64,000 bases of DNA. Origin: Felis catus. Its lineage: Eukaryota. The notes under the pieces are model-generated. The model had not been told where the DNA came from. It did not search any database and saw only the letters and a list, made by a program, of their open reading frames with translations. Both the position numbers and the translations under genes were made by a program. Position 1 is the first letter of the stretch; every line of letters starts with the position of its first letter. Where the stretch lies: contig NC_058383.1 of assembly GCF_018350175.1 (NCBI RefSeq), forward strand, positions 8,992,001 through 9,056,000, in the 5' to 3' direction. This document shows positions 50,310 to 59,719 of the stretch, piece by piece.

Positions 50310-51320
50310 TACTCAGACCCACGCACTCGGGCCGAGCAGGGCTCTCACTCTGTCCTGGACCTGTTGTCCAGATCCAGGGACCCAGAGAAGCGCTACCACA
50401 TCGTCCTGTGTTCCATCGTCAGGGCCGGGCGCCCGCGCGGCTGGGGGGAAAAGGAAGGGAGGATGGTGAAAGCGAGGGATGCCCAGGCTTCCGGCCCCCT
50501 TCGCGGCAGCGCCAATCCGAGTGCACTGTGGCCCACGGCACGCCCGCCGGGGAAACGGGAGAGATGCGCACCTTTTACCGGTTTCCGCTCTCCGGCTTCC
50601 GGCCGGGTGGTCCTGGCTAGAACGGATCCCCGAAGCCGGGGTGTAAGGCAGGAGGGGCAGCGAGTCCCGCCCCTCCCCTCCCCTCCCGGCCAGCCAGATC
50701 ACGTGGTCCGTAGCGCCCCCAAGGGCCAGCCACGTGACGGCGGCTCGCCGTTGCCTTGGCAGCGGCTGCGGTGGCCTGCGGGGGTGGGGCAGCCCGCGGG
50801 GGCGGGGCCGGGGAGGGGGGGACCCGGCGGGACGCACGGAAGGAGGGAGGGGGCCGTGCTCAGCGCCCCGGCCGGGCCACGGGGCCACAGGGCAACACGG
50901 CCACGCCGCATGCCACAAGCCTGAGGGAGCGGAGCCGGCCGGCAGGCAGGGCAGCTCGGTGAGTGCTGGCCGTGGGGGGCAGTTGGCGGAGTGGGGGGGG
51001 GGGGGTACCCCGCCCTGTTGGGGGACCAAAATTGCAATGGGAGACTCGACGCGGGGGAGGGGGTGGGCTTTCTCCTGGGCTGGTTTGGGATGGGGTGGCT
51101 GCGGATTTGGAGGGTGGCCAGGTGACCCCAACCCTAAGGGATCCTTGGGAGGAGTGCGGCGCTGAGAAGACTTGGAAGGCCAGAACAGGGGCCGAGTGCG
51201 GGTCCTGCTTCTACTGAGGCTTTCCTAGGGGAAGGGACAGAGATACAGGTAGACGCTTCTGGGAGAACCCTGTGGAGGCTGCGGGAGCCCCTGCGCCCCC
51301 GCCCCGCGCGGGTGTGACAG
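50310..51320 (+). promoter_or_regulatory. ORAI2: CpG island / ORAI2 promoter
   Basis: Very CpG- and GC-rich. CCAAT near 50512, E-boxes CACGTG at 50700 and 50731, X-box-like GTTGCCTTGGCAGC at 50750-50763, GC box GGGGCGGGGC near 50798. Lies about 3 kb upstream of the ORAI2 ATG. Confidence 0.85.
50830..50958 (+). other. ORAI2: ORAI2 non-coding first exon (5' end approximate)
   Basis: Strong donor TCG|gtgagt at 50958/50959 inside the CpG island, downstream of the motif cluster. The ORAI2 ATG exon begins with an acceptor, so an upstream non-coding exon is required. Confidence 0.65.
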
Positions 51321-54221
51321 AGTCAGACTCGCCATTGCTCATGCCCCAGATGTTTAAAGGAAGTTAGGACAGGCAAACCCCAAACCTACCGCCTAGAAAT
51401 GTTTCAGGCAGGCCTGCCAAGGAGAATAAATAGCTCATCTTTAGAGACACCATTATTCTTCAAGAGCTTTTTTTTCTGACTGCTCCTTACATATAAAAAA
51501 CAAACAAAAAAGCCTCCGTGAAGTTTAGCCAGGAGGGCATCCTTTGAAGCCTCTGTCACCCGACAGAGATGTCAATTTTCATCTTGTCCCACCCCACCGC
51601 TACCCCAGCCCAGAGTGTGAGAACTCTGCCTCTCCTGGGGCAGGGGGAGGAGGCCTGGCAGAAGGTAGGACACCTGGACTGGGACGGTTGGGTGGGATAT
51701 GAATCCAGTCCAGGCTACTCCTTCAGCAGGAAGTGGCCTCTCTATCTCCAGGACCCACAGGCCTGCCTCAAGACCCAGGCTCCAAGCAGATGGACAGCCT
51801 GCCCTTCCTTCCACTCCCTGCCACTCAGAGGACATCTGCAGGGCCAAGACTGCCCGGGCACTACCCAGAGGCCAGCGTCAGCCCTCATGGCCCCCAAAGC
51901 CCTCCCTCTGCACCCTCCAACTTGAGCCCAGCCCAGGCCCACCAATGGCCCCTGGGCTTGTCTTTTCACCCTATGGAGGCAACCAGGTCCTCCTGCTCCT
52001 CCCAGGCAGCCAAACATTTCAGCGGACAACCACCCAGACCACACCGACCCCAGGCTGCTGCTCCCTTCACTAGCTCCTTCAAAGCCCCTGCAGCCTGGCA
52101 CCACCATAGAGTCCAGCACGGTCACACTGCCTGGGCTGCCTGGCTCCACACACTTACCACATCCTGCTTTCCACCTACATTTCCCTGACTCCCTCTGCAG
52201 CCAGCCTTCCTGCCACGTCCCTTGCCTCTCAGAACCCTCCCATGAGGGCAGAATCTCGTCTTTGAGGGAGGGTCCCTCTTTGCAAGTACTGCCTTTACTA
52301 CCTATGCCCTTGACTCCTGTCCTTGCTCCCTAGCAGGGACCTTCTCCCTGCCTCACACCCCCTCCACGAAAGCAGCATTTAGCTCATTGGGTGAAAATCC
52401 CCCCCCCCCTTATGTTGCTTCCCCACCCAACTCACAGGATCCTCACCGTTTTCATCTCTGATGCCTAAGTACCAAATGCAGTCTGACCTTAAAGCTCAGT
52501 AAGAAGTGTCTTTTGGATGGAGAATGGAGAGATGGATACTCTGTGAGGGCAAAGGTTGTGCCTTTCACCCATCCACCTGCCATATGCTGTCTTCCTCATA
52601 CCTGTTGGCTGGCTTCTGTTATGTATGGATAAAGAAAAGAGGAAAAGTCAGTTTCCAAATGATGCCATTCTGAATTATTTGGTGCTAACCAATGGATTAG
52701 TTAGTGAGCAACGTTTCTCTTAATTCTCCCCGAAGGAAGGGACGGTCCAGTGATTGAAGAGCTGGAAAGCAATGCTTCTGGCTGCAGACAGGGGCATGGG
52801 GCAGTGACCAGGGCTCCCAAGCCAACTTTCCTAGAAACGACCTAGTAATTGGTATCCCCTGGCAGAAATAGGAGAACACAGAACTGTTCCCCAGGGTCCT
52901 GTTGGCCAGTAAAAGCTGTACCTCTGCAGCCTAGTAGAGAACAAAGAGGAAGGCACCCCAAAAGAGAGAGCTGTTCTCCACCTCTAGGACCCTCCCATAG
53001 AACCCTTTCAGAGATTGGTTTGGACAGATCAAGTTTGGGGCGTTTCCACAGCCACTGACCCTGGTAAACACCCCTTATACCACCCACCCACCCCCCAGCT
53101 CTGCTCCCTGGGACCTAGAAACACTGATCTGTTTGTAATAGCCTTAAATTGGCTTTTTGTGGGGCCTATGCGGGCCTGAACATACAAGTTCACATCTGAT
53201 GCCAAGTGAGCCGCGAGGTGCCGATGCCCTTGAAGTCTGCCCTGCAGATTAATTAGAACCGATCCTGGCGTGCTGCTGCGCGGGCCGGTCCCTTGGGCCA
53301 CATGAGACCGCCAATCCCCTATTTGGATTAGTGGAGATTTGGGTTTAAATTCACAAGTCTTGACAGATCGGCCCTTCTGATCTTCATTCCGTGTTATTGT
53401 CAAACCTGATATCTACCTGGGATGACCGCAGAGGTCTCTGGTCTCCGTTTCTCTGTAACATGTGCTCATGTCAGTTGGTGGATTCAGCTTTTCCTTTTGC
53501 TCAGGGTTTCCACCGCAGCCTGGATGTGGCTTTTCCTTCAGTTATATGAGCCAAGTATTTTGGGGGGTGAACTGCGCTGATTAAAATTTAAATTGGATTT
53601 GAGAAATTAGCTGCTGTTGGGAATTATTATTTTTTTCTTCTTGTGGTTGGACCCTAGACACTGAAAAGCAGTTTTGAGTCTTTGGGTCTGTTATTTTGTT
53701 TAAGAGCCTTGTAAGGGTGGGGATGTCCCCCATCTGAAGATGCACAAGGTCAGAAAGTTCAGATGTCGTGCTCAAGATCACATGGTAGATTAAAATCCAG
53801 GCCTAGCCACTAGGTCCTAGGGTCTCTGTAAATGCTATAGCTCCCTATTCCCTGAGGATAGCAACAGATTGGAAGGTTCCTTAGGTGCTTTGGGGCTGAC
53901 CTTAGAATTCCATTCACCCACATTTGACTGGAGCCTTTCTAACATAGGGATGGAGGGCCGGATTCTAGCTTTGTGGAGGGAGGCACAGTGGACACTGTGG
54001 TGGTTCCTGGAAGTGTACTCCTGACCCTCCTCTCCCACAGATGGTCCCCACGGTCCTGTGTTAGGGATCAGGGTCCCATACTCCCACTACCCCCCAGTGT
54101 CAGGTATAGACAGCAGGTCCCAGAGAAGGTCAACTTGCTTGGCTTCTGGCTTTTCCAGGTCCCGGGAACCCTCTGGGATGCCTGAGAGTATCTGCCTCCT
54201 GCCCCCAGCCTGGCTCCCACC

Positions 54222-54446
54222 ATGAGCGCCGAGCTCAACGTGCCTGTGGACCCCTCCACTCCTGCCTGCTCTGAACCCGGCCACAAGGGCATGGATTACC
54301 GGGACTGGGTCCGCCGCAGCTACCTGGAACTGGTCACGTCCAACCACCACTCTGTGCAGGCGCTCTCCTGGAGGAAGCTCTACCTGAGCAGAGCCAAGCT
54401 GAAGGCCTCCAGCCGGACCTCTGCCCTGCTGTCAGGCTTCGCCATG
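54222..54446 (+). CDS. ORAI2: ORAI2 first coding exon (aa 1-75)
   Basis: [12 protein letters not shown]...[27 protein letters not shown] is the Orai ETON/TM1 signature with an ORAI2-type N-terminus. Kozak cccaccATG. Acceptor cccccag| 13 nt upstream (exon start 54209), donor ATG|gtgagt, 225 coding nt. Confidence 0.98.
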
Positions 54447-55039
54447 GTGAGTGCAGACACGTGGTGGGGAACGCGGCCTGCAAAATGGGCTTTTGCTGTC
54501 GAGATGCTATGATGCTTCAGGGAGCAAAGCCCTCCCTCTAGGCCCCACTGGCAGACAGGCTGGCTGCCAAGGATGGTCCCCAAGCAGTTACCTGGCAAGG
54601 AGGTTGAGAGTAATCAAAATAGCTTCAGTATGCAGGGAGAGAAGTACCCCCTGTGTGCTCCCACCTTGGGCACCCCTCAAGACTTTGGAAAATCTGAAGG
54701 ATTTGAGCAGGACTCTTGCAATGATTGGGGTTTGCTCAGTTTGGCCCAACTCAGGACGCAGATGCCCCCCAAATGTGGCCTCTGGGGTGACGAAGCAGAG
54801 CCTCTGACCTGACTCCTGGCTGCCAGGCCACTGCCTTCCTTCTGAGTCATTCCCCAGCACAGGAGTCAGTCTTGGGCCAAACTGCGGGCCCTGAGAAGGG
54901 CCATGTCACCTGTTGACTCCAAAGTCCCTGACTCACATCCCTTCAGGGAATTGTCCCAGAAGGTGAAGATGCCAGGATTCAGAGTGAGAACGCAGGGAGG
55001 GCCACCCCTCTTTATTCTCCATTGAGTGGAAATAATTTT

Positions 55040-55925
55040 TTTCTTTTAAAAAAAAAATTTTTTTAAATGTTTATTTATTTATTTTTGAGAGTGAGATAGA
55101 GAGAGAATGTGAAGGAGGGGCAGAGAAAGAGGGAGACAGAATCCGAAGCAGGCTCCAGGCTCTGAGCTGTCAGCACAGAGCCCGACACGGGGCTCGAACT
55201 CACGGACCGCGAGATCATGACCTGAGCCAAAGTCAAATGCTTAACTGACTGAGCCACCTAGGCACCTCCCCCCCCCCCTTTCTTTTAAAGTTTATTTTTG
55301 AGAGAGAGACAGAGAGAGTATTAGGGGAGGGGCAGAGAGAGAGAGGAAAACAGAATCTGAAACAGGCTCCAAGCTCTGAGCTGTCAGCACAGAGCCTGAC
55401 ACCGGGCTCGAACTCCGAACAGTGAGATCATGACCTGAGCTGAAGTCGGATGCTTAACCAACTGAGCCACCCAGGTGCCCCTTTAAAAAAATTTTTTAGG
55501 GGCGCCTGGGTGGCGCAGTCGGTTAAGCGTCCGACTTCAGCCAGGTCACGATCTCGCGGTCTGTGAGTTCGAGCCCCGCGTCAGGCTCTGGGCTGATGGC
55601 TCGGAGCCTGGAGCCTGTTTCCAATTCTGTGTCTCCCTCTCTCTCTGCCCCTCCCCCGTTCATGCTCTGTCTCTCTCTGTCCCAAAAATAAATAAAAACG
55701 TTGAAAAAAAATTAAAAAAAAAAAAATTTTTTTTAATGTTTATTTTGAGAGAAAGCAAACATGCAAGCGGGGGAGGGGCAGAGAGGGACAGAATCCCAAG
55801 CAGGCTCCATGCTGTCCGTCAGCACAGAGCCCCACTCGGGGATCCATCCCAGAAACCGTGAGATCATGACCTGAGGCAATATTAAGAGTCAGACACTTAA
55901 TCGACTGAGCCACCCAGGCACCCCC
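55040..55925. mobile_element. Four-CanSINE cluster (-,-,+,-) in the ORAI2 coding intron
   Basis: Bodies at ~55060-55270 (-), 55285-55481 (-), 55498-55725 (+, young Felis-type) and 55730-55925 (-). Confidence 0.93.
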
Positions 55926-57801
55926 AGGTCAGTAGTTTAAAGCAAGGGCTTTATTTATGTGTTGTATTGTGTTATTTATTTATTTTTAACATAACACCAA
56001 AAGCATAAAATCATATGATGCACAACTTTGGCATATAGTTATTTTCTTCCTGTGGTTTCCATCACATGCAAAAGATAGAATGTTTTCTCAAGCTTAATTG
56101 TACGGAATGCGGGTAAGAAGTTTAAACGACTCTATGAAGGCTTGTTTTCCACATGGCAGAATTATAGTCTCAGGTTAGGTTTGTCTGGCTCGCACTTGTG
56201 TTTTTAACTCTGGAAAACACACTGTGAGAAGTGCTGTGTGATGTGATGCAGTAAGACAGTTTCCTTTGTGCGCGGGGCCCGGGTCTCCGAAGTCACTTCC
56301 TGTCTGCAGCTGTCTTCTTAGACCCCCGCCTTCCCAACACTCAGATCTCCAAACTCTGAGAAGCTTCGCGGTCTTCCCCAGCCAACGAAAGGCTCACCCA
56401 AGTTGAAGCCTCCCAAACTGCTTGTTTAAAGGCCCTGTGCATAAGGTTCTAAAACCTAGATCGAATTCTGGAGGACTAGTCTGACACTTACCGGCGGCCC
56501 GCGGGGGTACGAAGTGGTCTTAGGTTGAAGATAGTGACCGCAGGCAGAGACCAAGGATGGCAGGGCCTGGATGCATCCTGCAGGTTGCTGTCTGTCCTTA
56601 GCTCGGCAATGGCAGTCACACTTGCCAGTGATCAGTCGTTCGTTTCTTCAACATTTATGGGGCGACTCCTCTACCAGCAAATGCTTCCTTAAGCAACCTG
56701 GGATACACTTCAGAAGCCATGCGGTGCCCTCACCTTCTCTTCTAGAAGGTTCCTCTCATGGGGGCGGCCACGGCCTAATACGCACCGGACATTCAGTGGT
56801 GATGGTGAAAACTGGAAAGCAGCAGAACCAGGGGTGGGAAAGCAGCAGTGGGCCCACTAGATTAACACGCCACCTGCAGGCCAGGTAACTATTCAGACTG
56901 TGGAGCAGCTTGCGAGAAAAAAGACCAACACAGATCATCGGATAGGATCTCAACAGTGGAAACCATGGCTGAACAAGGGCGGGCCAAGAAAAAGTGAAGA
57001 GTCCGTTTGCTAGGTGTCCCCGATTAGAATTGCAAAGCTGTTCTTTTGCCCCACAGCGAGCACTTATGCCTAACCTTAAGCCCGTTTGTTCATGTTTATC
57101 CTTCTGCTAACACACAGAGCCAGTGAACCGTGGCCGCCTCATAAAATCTTTGCATAAACACATTGAAAAATGGCCTTTCGGCCTTTTCTCTCCATGAGGC
57201 TGAACAAAACAGCTTTCCTACTGCAGGCCCTTTAATTATCTTTGTTTCTTACCTCAATGCCCTCTGTGTTTTACAACGCCTTTTTGTTGAGCCGTGTCCT
57301 TTGTGGTAATGAGAGCCTGCCCAGGCCACAGGGGTCACTGAGAAAAGACCACCCCCTCAACGCGTGTCCTATGGCAACTGTATGGAGCAGTGGTCAGTTC
57401 TGAGTTTCTGTTCAGCTGTGGTCCACTGGCACTGCCGTATCTTCTTTTTACCAACCAAATGTTCCATCTGTGCTGAAAGGATGAGTCTCTCACTCTAGGA
57501 GGCAGGACTTGCTAGAAGTTGTGAAGTTGTCTTTCTTGTAAAAATGTAAAAACAGAAGATGGCTCGGATCTAGGAAGCGAACGCAGTGGGTGGAGAAGCC
57601 TTCCTCTGGCTTCTCTCTTTCTGCCTCCCCGTCCCCCTTCCTTGACTGGTCTGGTTTCTTACCTGTGGGCACCTGGGAGAAGACCCTTGGTGAGCCCCGG
57701 AGTCCTTGCCAGGCCTGGACTGCACCATCCGCTGGGGGTGGTCCACTGTGCTGAGGGGCAGGGGAATGCCAGGGCACAGAGGGAGAAGTTCTCGGTAGCC
57801 T

Positions 57802-57856
57802 GGGTCTGCCCTGGGGGAAGTGGGGGAGGGTCTGCCCTGGGGGAAGTGGGGGAGGG
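57802..57856 (+). repeat. 26-bp G-rich tandem duplication (gggtctgccctgggggaagtggggga)x2
   Basis: Exact copies at 57802-57827 and 57828-57853. Confidence 0.92.
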
Positions 57857-58009
57857 CCACGTTGCCCGGCCTGTAGTGTGAATGCCCTTTAGGGCCTGTG
57901 GTGAGCAAATCCTGCCTGACTGGCTGTAGACATTCACTACTACAGTGCTAGGCTGGGGCTTCTGGTTCCCTCTGTGGGTCTTTTTTCCCTTTTATTTAAA
58001 ATTAGTTTT

Positions 58010-58335
58010 GGGGCGCCTGGCTGGTTCAGTTGGTAGAGCATGTGACTCTTGATCTCGGGGTCATGGATTAAAATTTTTTTTTTTTGTCTGGGGCACCTGG
58101 GTGGCTCAGTCGGTTAGGCGTCTGACTCTTGGTTTCGGCTCAGGTCATGATCTCATGGTTCGTGGGTTCGAGCCCCACATTGGGCTCTGCGCTGACAGTG
58201 TGGAATCTGCCTGGGATTCTCGCTGTCCCCCTCCCTGTATGTTCCTCCCCCACTTGGGCTTTCTCTCCCTTTTGCTCTGTTCCTTCGTCATTTGTGCTCG
58301 CTCTCTCAAAATAAGTTAATTTTTTTTTAATTAAA
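58010..58335 (+). mobile_element. Truncated plus full CanSINE
   Basis: Heads at ~58010 and ~58089. Confidence 0.85.
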
Positions 58336-59179
58336 AAAGTCTTTTTTATTTTATCAAAATGAATACGTGCTTGCAGTTTAAAACCAAAGTGCTGCTGCAG
58401 GGCAGGTAAGCCACCCCAGCAACCCTGGCTGCCCACCCCCGGCTAGCTGCGGCGCCCTCAGGCTCTTCGTTCTGAAAAACTTTCTCCAGACTGCTGTTTC
58501 TCGATTTATCCATCTCAGGCATTACCTATTGGCCCGGGCTTCCTGTGACTGCGGTTGATGACTCAGCTTTTTTCCCAGCCCAGCCCCCTCCCCACAGCCT
58601 CCCCCCCTCACCGTTGCCCTCGTTTTTGTTTCCATTCCTGGCCTTTGAGATGCGGGCTTCTCCCCCGGGGCTTCTAGGGCTGTGAGCTGCACCCTGTGGC
58701 CTGTGTGAGGCTGTCTGGGCGTGCACCTCCGAGTCTGGGAACCTGGGGACCCACGGGAGCCTCCATGATTTCTTTTCTTTTTTTTTTTTTTTTACTTTTT
58801 GAAAGGTTAGCTTTTAGTTTTTGAAAAACAGCCATTGTCTTGCAGCTAAGTCAGCAGCAAAGCCACCTGTTCCCAGGGAAGGGTAGCCTGCTGGTTCAGA
58901 GCTCGGTACCCCAGGTACCCCAGGTACACTCTTAGTTCTGGGCTGGGAGGGCCCCCCCGGGGGGTGAGCCCCACCACCCCCCACCTTGTGCTTTAATCTC
59001 CCCTGCATTTTCTGGATTCTTCCTTAGTGAGATGTGTCCTTTAGCTCATCAGAAAACAGGAGAATTGGAAGTATGTGGACAGTGAGGTGGGAGCCCTCTG
59101 CCCCCAGTGGGCCGGGCACGGGGAGGTGGGGGGGCGGCTGCGGGCACCCCGGCCCAGCCTCGCCTGCTCTGCGTTGCAG

Positions 59180-59719
59180 GTGGCCATGGTGGAGGTGCAG
59201 CTGGAGACGCAGTACCAGTACCCGCGGCCGCTGCTTATCGCCTTCAGTGCCTGCACCACGGTGCTGGTGGCCGTGCACCTCTTTGCCCTGCTCATCAGCA
59301 CGTGCATCCTGCCCAACGTGGAGGCCGTGAGCAACATCCACAACCTCAACTCCATCAGCGAGTCCCCGCACGAGCGCATGCACCCCTACATCGAGCTGGC
59401 CTGGGGCTTCTCGACCGTGCTGGGGATCCTGCTCTTCCTGGCCGAGGTGGTGCTGCTCTGCTGGATCAAGTTCCTGCCCGTGGACGCGCGGCGCCAGCCC
59501 GGCCCCCCGCCCGGCCCCGGCGGCCACACGGGCTGGCAGGCCGCGCTCGTGTCCACCATCATCATGGTGCCCGTAGGTCTCATCTTTGTGGTCTTCACCA
59601 TCCACTTCTACCGCTCGCTGGTACGCCACAAAACCGAGCGGCATAACCGCGAGATCGAGGAGCTGCACAAGCTCAAGGTGCAGCTGGACGGGCACGAACG
59701 CAGCCTGCAGGTCGTGTGA
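59180..59719 (+). CDS. ORAI2: ORAI2 terminal coding exon (aa 76-254), calcium release-activated calcium channel protein 2
   Basis: Acceptor ttgcag|GTG in phase 0. VAMVEV contains selectivity-filter E80 (ORAI1 E106 equivalent). TM3 E164 and the C-terminal coiled coil [13 protein letters not shown] are present. Joined CDS is 765 nt = 254 aa. Confidence 0.98.
   Translation: MAMVEVQLETQYQYPRPLLIAFSACTTVLVAVHLFALLISTCILPNVEAVSNIHNLNSISESPHERMHPYIELAWGFSTVLGILLFLAEVVLLCWIKFLPVDARRQPGPPPGPGGHTGWQAALVSTIIMVPVGLIFVVFTIHFYRSLVRHKTERHNREIEELHKLKVQLDGHERSLQVV

Noticed and set aside
50313..51165. Several long ORFs (272, 186 and 143 aa) in the ORAI2 CpG island
   Set aside because: Stop-poor GC-rich sequence giving low-complexity Pro/Gly/Arg translations with no recognisable domain.
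59075..59179. N-terminal part of the 214-aa ORF as an intronless ORAI2 variant
   Set aside because: This is intronic read-through before the acceptor at 59179 and lacks the first half of TM1.
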